Counted from the stretch's first letter, positions 54,034 to 62,950 are shown. The stretch is DNA of 64,000 bases from an uncultured Actinomycetes bacterium (GCA_963789585.1 CAWBLB010000005.1:27973-91972), one strand, 5' to 3'. Notes: generated by a model not told the origin, from the sequence alone. Translations and numbers: made by a program.

Positions 54034-54669
54034 CTAGATGTCGAGATCGGTGCTCGAGGCGACGGCCTCGTCCGGGGCGGCAGCCTCGGCGGTCTCCTCG
54101 GTCTCGACGGTCTCAGTCTCGACCTGAGCCTGAGTGTCGTTCCCGGTCTGCTCCTCGACCGCCTCCTCGGCACGGGCTTCGGCCTCGGCGGCAGCGTCGA
54201 GCTCCGCCTGCGGCGGCAGCTCGCCGCCCTCCGGCACGACGATCACGCGCAACTCGGCGCTCACCTCGCCGAACAGCTCGACCGGGACGCTGTAGCGGCC
54301 GATTCGCTTGATCGCCTGGAGTCCGAGCTTGCGGCGGTCGACGCGGATCTTCTGCTCCTCCCAGAGCTTGTCGGTGACGTTCGTCGCGGTGACCGAGCCG
54401 AACAACGAGCCGGTCGGGCCGGCGTTGACGTCGAACCGGAGCTCGGTTGCCTCGAGGCGCGCCGCGATCGCCTGCGCCTCGTCGACGGTCTTCGCCTCGT
54501 GGCGCGCGCGCAGGGAATCACGCCGTTCGAGCTCTCGCACGAGCCCCGGCGTCGCGAGCTCGGCGAGCCCGCGCGGCAGCAGGTAGTTCCGCGCGTAGCC
54601 GCGTGCGACGTTGACCACGTCGCCGCGCAGGCCGAGGCTCTCGACGTCCTGGCGGAGCACGACCTGCAT
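54034..54669 (-). CDS. rplI: 50S ribosomal protein L9 with a ~60-aa acidic C-terminal extension
   Basis: MQVVLRQDVESLGLRGDVVNVARGYARNYLLPRGLA, then an E/A/T-rich tail. Confidence 0.9.
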   Translation of the reverse strand: MQVVLRQDVESLGLRGDVVNVARGYARNYLLPRGLAELATPGLVRELERRDSLRARHEAKTVDEAQAIAARLEATELRFDVNAGPTGSLFGSVTATNVTDKLWEEQKIRVDRRKLGLQAIKRIGRYSVPVELFGEVSAELRVIVVPEGGELPPQAELDAAAEAEARAEEAVEEQTGNDTQAQVETETVETEETAEAAAPDEAVASSTDLDI

Positions 54670-54671
54670 GC

Positions 54672-55004
54672 TCAGCGGTCTCCGCGGTCTCCGCGGTCGC
54701 CGCGATCGCGGCGACCGCCGCCCTCGCGATCGTCGCGGCCTTCGGCGACGTAGGGCAGGAGCGCCATCTCCCGCGCGCGCTTGATCGCGACCGCGACCTG
54801 GCGCTGGTGACGCCGGCAGGCGCCGCTGATCCGGCGTGAGCGGATCTTGCCTTTTTCGGAGATGTAGCGGCGAAGCTCGCCGATGTTCTTGTAGTCGATC
54901 TCGTCGACCTTCGACTTGCAGAAGAAACAGGACTTCCGCCGGCCCCCGGTGAGGGGCGGCAGGCGTTTCCTGCTCCGTCCGTCGCTGTTGCTCTTCCCTG
55001 CCAC
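54672..55004 (-). CDS. rpsR: 30S ribosomal protein S18 with an RGD-repeat tail
   Basis: AGGAGG lies 6 nt before the GTG at 55004. CFFCKSKVDEIDYKNIGELRRYISEKGKIRSRRISGACRRHQR, ending ...GGGRRDRGDRGDRGDR. Confidence 0.9.
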   Translation of the reverse strand: MAGKSNSDGRSRKRLPPLTGGRRKSCFFCKSKVDEIDYKNIGELRRYISEKGKIRSRRISGACRRHQRQVAVAIKRAREMALLPYVAEGRDDREGGGRRDRGDRGDRGDR

Positions 55005-55014
55005 TCTCGTCCTC

Positions 55015-55449
55015 CTAGAAAGGGATGTCGTCGTCGGCCGGGCCGCCGAAATCGGCGTCCGAGCCGCTCGTTGCGCCCGCGGGCACGAACTGGTTCGCTT
55101 CGCCACCGCCGCCGTCACGGCTGCCGAGGAACTGCACCGTGTCGGCGACCACCTCGACCGCCTGACGCTTGGTGCCGTCCTGGGCCTCCCACTCGCGCCA
55201 TTCGAGGCGTCCGTCGATCGCGACGGGCCGTCCCTTGGCGAGGTACTGCGCGCAGTTCTCACCCTGGTTGCCCCAGACGGTGATGTCGAAGTAGTTGGGC
55301 TTCTCGGTCCACTCGCCCGTCGCGCCGTCCTTGCGACGCGTGTTCACGGCCAGCCGCAGGTTGCAGACGGCGGTGCCGCTCGGCGTGTGGCGCAGCTCGG
55401 GGTCCTTGGTCAGGTTGCCGACGAGTACGACGCGATTGATGTTGGCCAT
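55015..55449 (-). CDS. ssb: single-stranded DNA-binding protein
   Basis: MANINRVVLVGNLTKDPELRHTPSGTAV..., OB fold, and the acidic tip DDDIPF. Confidence 0.95.
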   Translation of the reverse strand: MANINRVVLVGNLTKDPELRHTPSGTAVCNLRLAVNTRRKDGATGEWTEKPNYFDITVWGNQGENCAQYLAKGRPVAIDGRLEWREWEAQDGTKRQAVEVVADTVQFLGSRDGGGGEANQFVPAGATSGSDADFGGPADDDIPF

Positions 55450-55483
55450 GGTCTTCGCTCCTTCCCGGTGTGAACGAACCAGG

Positions 55484-55846
55484 CTACTCCGCGGCTCCGT
55501 CGGCGTCATCGGCGGGTGCGGCCATGGCCACGACCGGCGCCGGCGCCCTCGTCTGGCCGCCTTTGACCCGTGTGACCGCCAGGTGGCGCACGACTCCATC
55601 GGTGATCTTGAGCACGCGCGTGATCTCGGACAGCGTCGCGGGGGCCGCCGTGAAGAGCAGCAGGTGATAGATCCCCTCACTCTTGTGGCCGATCTCGTAG
55701 GCGAGCTTGCGCCGGCCCCACGGCTCGTGGGCGTCCCAGGTGCCGCCGTCGCCTTCGACCCGCTCCCGGGCGCGCGCGATGATCTCGTCGGCCCGTTCCT
55801 CGGGGAGCTCGGCGTCGAGCATCAGCAAGATTTCGTACTCGTTCAC
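55484..55846 (-). CDS. rpsF: 30S ribosomal protein S6
   Basis: GTG start after GGAG gives VNEYEILLMLDAEL...WGRRKLAYEI. Confidence 0.9.
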   Translation of the reverse strand: MNEYEILLMLDAELPEERADEIIARARERVEGDGGTWDAHEPWGRRKLAYEIGHKSEGIYHLLLFTAAPATLSEITRVLKITDGVVRHLAVTRVKGGQTRAPAPVVAMAAPADDADGAAE

Positions 55847-55975
55847 GGACAGAACGCTCCTTCGTCCCGAATGTTCCTTCCCATGGACTGAGTCGACCCC
55901 ACCTCTTGGGCGCCGCTTCGGGGTGACGGCGCGACAGGTGTGGCGGGAAGTCGGGCCAGTGTACCATCGGCTCCG

Positions 55976-56245
55976 ATGCGGGGATTCCTGGTGCTGGTGA
56001 TGGGCGGCCTCGGCCTCGGGGCGTTCCTGCGGCGCCTCCGCCGCCGCCCGCCGGAGCTGGTCGGCCCCGATCCGGCCGACGAGCTGCGGGCGAAGCTCGC
56101 CGAGACGAAGGACGCCGCCTCCGGCGGCCACCGGCCGGGAGAGCTGGAGGAGCCGGATGCCCAGTCACCTCCCGACGCACAGTCACGGCGGCGCGGCGTT
56201 CACGAGCGTGCACGCCAGGCGATCGAGGAGCTCGAGGGTCGGTAG
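55976..56245 (+). CDS. small membrane-anchored hypothetical protein
   Basis: MRGFLVLVMGGLGLGAFLRRLRRR is a single TM segment, followed by a charged tail. Weak support. Confidence 0.35.
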   Translation: MRGFLVLVMGGLGLGAFLRRLRRRPPELVGPDPADELRAKLAETKDAASGGHRPGELEEPDAQSPPDAQSRRRGVHERARQAIEELEGR

Positions 56246-56285
56246 CCGGGGGTCGATCGGCACACTGTTTCGGCAGACTGGGACC

Positions 56286-57242
56286 GTGAAGGTGAGGACG
56301 ACCCTCCTCGTTGTCCTGGCTCTGGCGGTCGTTTCCTCCGGGCCCGCGCTCGCGAGTGAACGGCTCTCGGATCTGAGCATCACGAACGTCTCTCTCCAGG
56401 TGAACCAGAAAGGGGAGGCGCTCGTTTCGTACACCCGGTCGACCGGGCGTCGGCGCCACGTACTTCTCTGGGGCGCGGTCGACGCGCTTCCGCCCAGGAG
56501 AGATGTGCCCCAGGTGCGCTTCGGCCGCGACTATGCGGGAGGATGGGGGAAGTACCGCAACGCGGGTTACTGGAAGACGTTCAAGAATGCCTGCCGGCCC
56601 TACGACGGTCCCCAGCTCGCAGACTTCATCGTCGGGTGCACTGCGCCGGACGGCTCGTACTGGGCCGTGCAGGCCTGGCAGCGGATGCTGCCCCACCGCG
56701 GCTTTCCGCCCTGGTTGGCCTCGCAGACCGCGTGGAGCTTCGACGTCTCGCACTGGACCGGCGAGCCCGCGAAGGTCGAGTTCTACGACGACTGGCCGTT
56801 CGGGGGCGACACCGAAGGGATCTTCGGGCGCCTGACCTACGCCGGCTTGCCGGTATACGGCTTCGGCACGACGGCGCGTGGCGCGCCGACCGACCACTAC
56901 GGCCGCAGCCTCTACATCGATACCTTCGACTCCGCGTACGGCCCGGGTTGGATGCGCGAGACCTCGATTGTGTTCCGCAATCCGACCGGCTCGTTCTGTT
57001 ACAGCTTCTGGCCGACGAACGACGTCTCCCTGCCGGGCCGCCCCGACCGCCCGGCAGGCGTGGGCTCGCGGTACCGGATCACCGTGATCGGGCCCGGCGT
57101 GACGCCCGATGTGACAGCAGAGGTGCCCGGCCTCGGGCCGTACGATCCCCGGAACCCCGCCGACGTCTCCTTCGAGCAGAACCGGCTCGCACTGTTCGAC
57201 CAGGTGACCGCAGGAGACAAGTTCTGCGCGACCCAGCGATGA
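56286..57242 (+). CDS. secreted hypothetical protein
   Basis: GTG start gives VKVRTTLLVVLALAVVSSGPALA (signal peptide). 318 aa, Trp/Tyr-rich, no recognised domain. Confidence 0.6.
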   Translation: MKVRTTLLVVLALAVVSSGPALASERLSDLSITNVSLQVNQKGEALVSYTRSTGRRRHVLLWGAVDALPPRRDVPQVRFGRDYAGGWGKYRNAGYWKTFKNACRPYDGPQLADFIVGCTAPDGSYWAVQAWQRMLPHRGFPPWLASQTAWSFDVSHWTGEPAKVEFYDDWPFGGDTEGIFGRLTYAGLPVYGFGTTARGAPTDHYGRSLYIDTFDSAYGPGWMRETSIVFRNPTGSFCYSFWPTNDVSLPGRPDRPAGVGSRYRITVIGPGVTPDVTAEVPGLGPYDPRNPADVSFEQNRLALFDQVTAGDKFCATQR

Positions 57243-57250
57243 GGATCTCG

Positions 57251-57931
57251 CTAGCCGGCGAGGGCTTTCGTCGTCGAGCGGCGGTCGAAGCCTTCGACCA
57301 CGAACGCGACCGCCTGCCCGGGGTCGTCGGTGACGTGGAGGAGGTCGAGATCCGGCGGGGAGATCATCCCGACCGCGACGAGTCGATTGCGCACCCAGTC
57401 GAGGAGCTCGGCCCAGTGGCGCGAGCCGAAGAGGACGACCGGGAACATCGGCACCTTCCCGGTCTGGATCAGCGTCAGGGCCTCGAATAGCTCGTCGAGG
57501 GTGCCGAAGCCACCGGGGAGGACGACGAAGCCCTCCGACGGCTTCACGAAGCAGACCTTGCGCACGTAGAAGTGCTCGAAGGTGTAATCGAGGTCGAGAT
57601 AGGGGTTCTTGGCCTGCTCGTGCGGGAGCTTGATCCCGAAGCCGACGGAGAGCCCGCCGGCCTCCTGCGCTCCCCGGTTCGCCCCTTCCATCACGCCAGG
57701 GCCGCCGCCCGTGATCACGGCCCAGCCGCGTTCGGCGAACCCGCGCCCGATTGCCCGGGCGGCGCCGTAGCTCGGGTCGTCCTCACCGATCCGGGCCGAC
57801 CCGAAGACGGTCGCGGCCGGACGGTCGATCCGTGCGACCTGGACGAAGCCGTCACGGAACTCCTGCTCGATCCGGTCGAGCGCGCCGGCGGTGTCCTTCT
57901 CGCGGGCGTCGAGCAGTTGCCGCTCGTCCAT
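57251..57931 (-). CDS. LOG-family (TIGR00730) nucleotide phosphoribohydrolase
   Basis: TGGGPGVMEGANRGA and PGGFGTLDELFE signature motifs. Confidence 0.9.
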   Translation of the reverse strand: MDERQLLDAREKDTAGALDRIEQEFRDGFVQVARIDRPAATVFGSARIGEDDPSYGAARAIGRGFAERGWAVITGGGPGVMEGANRGAQEAGGLSVGFGIKLPHEQAKNPYLDLDYTFEHFYVRKVCFVKPSEGFVVLPGGFGTLDELFEALTLIQTGKVPMFPVVLFGSRHWAELLDWVRNRLVAVGMISPPDLDLLHVTDDPGQAVAFVVEGFDRRSTTKALAG

Positions 57932-58572
57932 CAGAGACGGTGCTGCGGAACGTACGCCGCGAATGCTCCGATCGCCAGCAGGATCGCGGTCAGCCCGTAG
58001 AGCACGCCTGCGACGGCCGCCTTCTCCCGCCCCCCGCCGACCCAGAGCCAACGGGTCGAGCGCCAGACCGCGCCGCCGTCCAGGATCCCGAACGGCAGCA
58101 GGTTGATCAAGTTGAGGAAGAAGCCGAAGTACCCGAGCGCGAGCAGCAGGTTCGAACTGCGGGTCTCGCCGGCAGCGTAGAAGGCGAGCCCGGCGATCCC
58201 GCCGAGGATCGGGCCTGCGAGCGCGACACGCGCGGTCTGCCACGGGTTGCCGCGGGTGTACTTCACGTACGCGCCGAGGAACGGGACGAACACCGGCCAC
58301 GAGGGATTCAGGTGCTCCCGCTTCGCCTCGAGGAAGTGACCCATCTCGTGGATGAAGATCAGGCCGATCACGCCGATCGCGAACTTCCAGCCCCAGAGCA
58401 GCGTGTAGCCGCCGAACGCGACGAAGATCGCAGCGAACTTCGCCAGCGAGCCGAGCTTCAGCAACAGCCCGAACACGAAGACGATCGGCGCCGTCGCCTT
58501 GCGGAAGAGCCCCCGCCAGTCGGTACCGCGCGGCTGGACGGGCTCGTAGTCGCGCTCGACGATCGGCTCCAT
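57931..58572 (-). CDS. M50-type (site-2 protease-like) membrane metalloprotease
   Basis: HEMGH (HExxH) in a TM helix, and NLLPFGILDGG, the second conserved motif. Confidence 0.8.
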   Translation of the reverse strand: MEPIVERDYEPVQPRGTDWRGLFRKATAPIVFVFGLLLKLGSLAKFAAIFVAFGGYTLLWGWKFAIGVIGLIFIHEMGHFLEAKREHLNPSWPVFVPFLGAYVKYTRGNPWQTARVALAGPILGGIAGLAFYAAGETRSSNLLLALGYFGFFLNLINLLPFGILDGGAVWRSTRWLWVGGGREKAAVAGVLYGLTAILLAIGAFAAYVPQHRL

Positions 58573-58644
58573 CAGGGTAGTTGTACCTCCCTCCGCCGCC
58601 GTCGCGTTCCCGGCGCCGGGTCGTTCGCCCCCGGGGTCGCCGCT

Positions 58645-59274
58645 TCAGGAGCCCCGGCCGAGCCACTCTTCGCCGCCCTCGTAGACCTCCTTCTTCCAGA
58701 GGGGGACGTCGATCTTGAGGATGTCGATCGCGTCCTTGCAGGCGGCGAGGGCGTCGGCTCGGTGGGCGGCGCTGACGGCGATCACGACCGACGGCTCACC
58801 CAGCTCGACGCGCCCGACCCGGTGGTGGATCGCGATCGAGTGGATGTCGTAGCGGTCGCGGAGGTCGGCGGCCAGCTTTGCCATCATCTCCTCGGCCATC
58901 CCCTCGTAGCCCTCGTAGTCGAGGTGGAGGACGACGCGCCCGCGCGAGTGGCGCCGCGCTGTGCCCGAGAACGTGGCGATCGCTCCGGCCTCTTCGGTCG
59001 CGACCTCCGCCACGACGCGGTCGAGCGAGACCGGCTCTTCCGTCAGAACGAAGGCCCCGCCGGAGACGGGTGGGATGAGTGCCACGACGTCCCCGTCGAC
59101 GAGCTCGTGGTCGGCCGGCGCGTACTCCCGGTTGACCGCGTAGAGCAGCCCCTCGGGCTCGACTCCGAGGTCGAGCGCGGCCCAGACGTCGGAGACGCGT
59201 GTTGCCTCGATCTCCCGTTGCGACCAGCCCGCCCGCTCGCGTAGACCGGCGAAGAGCCTCACGGTCACATGCAC
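58645..59274 (-). CDS. fused molybdopterin synthase MoaD-MoaE
   Basis: The MoaD part MHVTVRLFAGLRE...VALIPPVSGG runs directly into the MoaE part (ATFSGTARRH..., SVVIAVSAAHRADA, PLWKKE). Confidence 0.85.
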   Translation of the reverse strand: MHVTVRLFAGLRERAGWSQREIEATRVSDVWAALDLGVEPEGLLYAVNREYAPADHELVDGDVVALIPPVSGGAFVLTEEPVSLDRVVAEVATEEAGAIATFSGTARRHSRGRVVLHLDYEGYEGMAEEMMAKLAADLRDRYDIHSIAIHHRVGRVELGEPSVVIAVSAAHRADALAACKDAIDILKIDVPLWKKEVYEGGEEWLGRGS

Positions 59275-59293
59275 GCAAGTAGCCTAGCGTCCT

Positions 59294-60871
59294 GTGGCCG
59301 CGGGCGACCGCCGAGAGACCGAGTCGGGAATCGAGATCAAGCCGGTCTTCACGCCCGAGGACGCACCGGGTGCGCTCGAGCCGCCGGGGACGCCGCCGTT
59401 CACGCGCGGGATCTACCCGGACATGTATCGAGGCAGGCCGTGGACGATCCGGCAGTACGCGGGGTTTGCCTCGGCCGAGGAGTCGAACGCCCGCTACCGC
59501 TACCTGCTCGACCAGGGACAGACGGGGCTGTCGGTTGCGTTCGACCTGCCGACGCAGCTCGGGCTCGACTCCGACGATCCGCGGGCCGAGGGTGAGGTCG
59601 GGCGCACCGGGGTCGCGATCGACTCGCTGGCCGACATGGAGGTGCTGCTGGACGGGATCCCGCTCGACCGCGTCTCGACGTCGATGACGATCAACGCGCC
59701 GGCCGCGTTGCTGCTCCTTCTCTACGAGCTCGTCGCGGAAGCGCAGGGCGTGCCGGCGGCAGCGCTGCGCGGCACGGTGCAGAACGACATCCTCAAGGAG
59801 TACGTCGCCCGGGGGAACTACATCTTCCCGCCGAGGCCGTCGATGCGGCTGACAACCGACCTGTTCGCCTACTGCGCCGAGCGGATCCCGAGCTGGAACA
59901 CGATCTCGATCTCGGGCTACCACATCCGCGAGGCCGGCTCGACCGCGGTGCAGGAGCTCGCGTTCACGATCGCCAACGGGATCGCGTACTGCGAGGCGGC
60001 GGTCGCGGCGGGACTGTCCCCTGATGCGTTCGGCGAGCGCCTGTCGTTCTTCTTCAACGCCCACAACGATTTCTTCCAGGAAGTGGCGAAGTTCCGGGCA
60101 GCCCGCAGGCTGTGGGCGGGTGTGATGGCTGATCGTTTCGGCGCGACCAATCCGAAGGCGCTCGCCTTGCGCTTCCATGCGCAGACGGGCGGGTCAACGC
60201 TGACCGCGCAGCAGCCGGAGAACAACATCGTCCGCGTCGCGATCCAGGCGCTGTCTGCCGTGTGCGGCGGCGCCCAGTCCCTGCACACGAACTCGTTCGA
60301 CGAGGCGCTCGCACTGCCGTCGGAGCGCGCGGCGACGATTGCGCTGAGGACGCAGCAGATCCTCGCGGCCGAGGTCGGGGTCGTGAACACCGCCGACCCG
60401 CTCGGCGGCTCGTACTACGTCGAGGCGCTCACGAACGAGCTCGAGGCGCGCGCCCGGGAGCTGATCGAGCGGATCGACGGGCTCGGCGGCGCCGTCGTGG
60501 CGATCGAGGCGGGCTGGGTGCAGGCGGAGATCGAGGCATCCGCGTACGAATGGACGGCGTCGATCGAGTCGGGGCGGCGCACGATCGTCGGCGTCAACGC
60601 CCACATCGAGCAGGACGGCGACCGGATCGAGCTCCACCGTGTCGACCCGGAGGTCGAGCGCCGCCAGGTCGAGCGGACACGCCGGCTTCGAGCCGCGCGC
60701 GACGCCGTCGACGCGGAGCAGGCGCTGACCGCGGTCCGCGAGGCGGCGCGCGGCACCGTGAACTTGCTGCCGTCGCTCCGCGAGGCGCTCCGCGCCTGCT
60801 GCACGGTCGGTGAGATTTGCGGCGTGCTGCGCGAGGAGTGGGGGACGCATGACCGGAGTCCCGCCAACTAG
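59294..60871 (+). CDS. methylmalonyl-CoA mutase-family catalytic (large) subunit without a B12-binding domain
   Basis: [45 protein letters not shown] (Tyr and Arg typical of MCM rather than ICM), [14 protein letters not shown]. Ends at the TAG at the MITE boundary. Confidence 0.9.
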   Translation: MAAGDRRETESGIEIKPVFTPEDAPGALEPPGTPPFTRGIYPDMYRGRPWTIRQYAGFASAEESNARYRYLLDQGQTGLSVAFDLPTQLGLDSDDPRAEGEVGRTGVAIDSLADMEVLLDGIPLDRVSTSMTINAPAALLLLLYELVAEAQGVPAAALRGTVQNDILKEYVARGNYIFPPRPSMRLTTDLFAYCAERIPSWNTISISGYHIREAGSTAVQELAFTIANGIAYCEAAVAAGLSPDAFGERLSFFFNAHNDFFQEVAKFRAARRLWAGVMADRFGATNPKALALRFHAQTGGSTLTAQQPENNIVRVAIQALSAVCGGAQSLHTNSFDEALALPSERAATIALRTQQILAAEVGVVNTADPLGGSYYVEALTNELEARARELIERIDGLGGAVVAIEAGWVQAEIEASAYEWTASIESGRRTIVGVNAHIEQDGDRIELHRVDPEVERRQVERTRRLRAARDAVDAEQALTAVREAARGTVNLLPSLREALRACCTVGEICGVLREEWGTHDRSPAN

Positions 60872-61036
60872 TGGTCTGACCGGCAACGTTCGCCGGGTCT
60901 CTGGCTCGCGATCACGCTGCGCCATAGCCCGCCCTCGTCCTTGTCAAGGCAACCAGCCTTGCCGACGGACGATGGCGGACTCTGACTTGGTGCTCGCGAC
61001 CCGGAAACCGGTCAACGTTGCCGGTCAGACCACTAG
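60868..61036. mobile_element. MITE-like element, copy 3 (best preserved)
   Basis: Perfect 23-bp terminal inverted repeats CTAGTGGTCTGACCGGCAACGTT ... AACGTTGCCGGTCAGACCACTAG. The interior is self-complementary. Confidence 0.9.
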
Positions 61037-61177
61037 CAGGCTTCCGACCGCTTGCGCCGGCCTCGGTCCCCTCAGAGAAGCACCGGCCGCGAAGCGGCCG
61101 CAAGTGCGGCCTCGCACGCCCGCGCTTCAGGTCAAAGGATAGGAGAGGCCGCACTTGAGCGGGTACGGTCCAGGCGG

Positions 61178-62167
61178 GTGCGCATCCTGCTCGTCTCACA
61201 GATGTACCCGGGGACGGACGATCCCGACCTCGGCGTGTTCGTCGCCCAGCTTGAGCATGAGCTCAGGGAGCGCGGGCACGAGATCGAGCTTGCCGTGCTC
61301 GACCGGCGGGCCGGAGGCAAGCGCCGGTTCCTCGAGCTGCGGCGAAAGGTTCGCGCCGCGACCCGTCCCGACGTCGTCTGGGCGCACTTCCTCGTCCCGT
61401 CGGGGCTGATCGCGGCCGAGGTCGACGCGCCGCTCGTCGTCACGGCCCACGGCCGCGACGTCCGGAACATCGGTGCGCTGCCCGGAGTCGCCGGCCTGAC
61501 GCGCCGCGTCGTCAGCCGGGCGGCGACGGTGATCGCGGTGTCGGAGTATCTCCGCCGTGAGCTCGAGCTGAAGATTCCGGAGGCCCGCGGAAAGACTGTC
61601 GTGGTCGACTCCGGCGTCGACCTCGGCCGGTTCGCGAGCGGCGGTGCGAGCGGCTCGAGTGACGGCCCGGCGTTCCTCGCGGTCGGCGGCCTGACGGAGC
61701 GGAAGAACGTCGTCCGGCTGGCCGATGCGTTCGCGCGGCTGGGCCGCGGCACCCTGACGTTCGTGGGCGACGGGCCGTTGCGCGGACAGCTCGAGGGGCG
61801 CGAACGCGTGCGGGTCGTGGGGCGTGTGCCGCACGGCGAGATCCCCGGCTTCCTCGCCGCGGCGGACGTCGTCTGCGCGCCCTCGTTGATCGAGCCGTTC
61901 GGGCAGTCGATCCTGGAGGCGATGGCGGCGGGAAAGACCGTCGTGGCGACGCTCGTCGGCGGCCCGCCGGAGTTCGTCCCGCCCGCGGCCGGGATCCTTG
62001 TCGATCCGCTCGACGAAGCGGCACTCGTGCACGCGCTCGAGGCAGCCACCGCGTTCCCGGCGCCGAACGAGGCGGCGCGCGAGGCGGCCGCTGCGCACGA
62101 CGTCAGGCTTCAGGCGGAGCGGGTGGAGGAGATTCTGCTTCGAGCTTCGCGAGATCGGCCAGCCTGA
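61178..62167 (+). CDS. glycosyltransferase family 4
   Basis: GTG start gives VRILLVSQMYPG...; C-terminal VCAPSLIEPFGQSILEAMAAGKTVVAT (EX7E region). Confidence 0.85.
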   Translation: MRILLVSQMYPGTDDPDLGVFVAQLEHELRERGHEIELAVLDRRAGGKRRFLELRRKVRAATRPDVVWAHFLVPSGLIAAEVDAPLVVTAHGRDVRNIGALPGVAGLTRRVVSRAATVIAVSEYLRRELELKIPEARGKTVVVDSGVDLGRFASGGASGSSDGPAFLAVGGLTERKNVVRLADAFARLGRGTLTFVGDGPLRGQLEGRERVRVVGRVPHGEIPGFLAAADVVCAPSLIEPFGQSILEAMAAGKTVVATLVGGPPEFVPPAAGILVDPLDEAALVHALEAATAFPAPNEAAREAAAAHDVRLQAERVEEILLRASRDRPA

Positions 62168-62330
62168 ACTCGACCAGCGGCCGGACGCGCTCCTCGATCC
62201 CGCCCTCGCGTGCGAGCTCGAGCGCCTGCTCGTAGCTCTCGCGAATCTTCGCCGGCTCGACCCCCTGCTTGAGGCGATTGTCCCCGGTCAGCAGCGCTTT
62301 CTGTATACGAATACGAAGGTTCTCCTCCAT
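62103..62330 (-). CDS. small hypothetical protein (75 aa)
   Basis: MEENLRIRIQKALLTGDNRLKQG.... Overlaps the GT4 3' end by 65 nt and has no clear RBS. Divergent from the receiver gene. Confidence 0.35.
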   Translation of the reverse strand: MEENLRIRIQKALLTGDNRLKQGVEPAKIRESYEQALELAREGGIEERVRPLVEFRLADLAKLEAESPPPAPPEA

Positions 62331-62344
62331 GACCTGGCACTTTA

Positions 62345-62713
62345 TTGACTGTGATCCGTGTCCTGATTGCCGACGACGACCGTCTCTTTGCCGAGGCGCT
62401 CGAGCTGATCCTCGCGGCCGACGATCGGATCCAGGTGATCGGCCGGGCCCTCGACGGTCGTCAGGCGGTCGAGCTTGCCCGTGAGCTCGCGCCGGACGTC
62501 GTGGTGATGGATCTGAGCATGCCCGGCCTCGACGGCTTCGACGCGACGGCCGAGATCCTCATGGGCGACGGCACGCCGCGCGTGCTCGTGCTCACCGGGT
62601 CGGCCGATCCGGCCGACCTCGACCGGGCGCAGGCCGCCGGCGCGTGGGCATACCTGACGAAGGAGAACATCGCCGAGGAGCTCGTGCCCAGGGTTCTCGG
62701 CGTACAGGGCTGA
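62345..62713 (+). CDS. stand-alone response-regulator receiver domain (CheY-like)
   Basis: IRVLIADDD...DVVVMDLSMPGLDG...VLVLTG...K. No output domain and no kinase nearby. Confidence 0.85.
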   Translation: MTVIRVLIADDDRLFAEALELILAADDRIQVIGRALDGRQAVELARELAPDVVVMDLSMPGLDGFDATAEILMGDGTPRVLVLTGSADPADLDRAQAAGAWAYLTKENIAEELVPRVLGVQG

Positions 62714-62728
62714 GGTACCCTTCGGATC

Positions 62729-62950
62729 GTGCTCGCGGTCTTCTCCGTCATTCACGTGCTGCTCTCAGCGGCGCTCGTCACGCTGATCCTGATGCATTCC
62801 GGGCGAGATGCCGGCATGGGCGGGTTGGGGTTCACGCCGACCTCGCAGGGTGGCACGCACATCGTCGAGCGGAACCTGACGCGGCTGACGGTCGTCATCG
62901 CCGTCCTCTTCTTCGCGAACACCGTCTTGCTCTTCCGCCTGCTGGCGTAG
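62729..62950 (+). CDS. secG: preprotein translocase subunit SecG
   Basis: 73 aa with two TM segments and the typical LILMHSGRDAGMGG loop. Confidence 0.85.
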   Translation: MLAVFSVIHVLLSAALVTLILMHSGRDAGMGGLGFTPTSQGGTHIVERNLTRLTVVIAVLFFANTVLLFRLLA

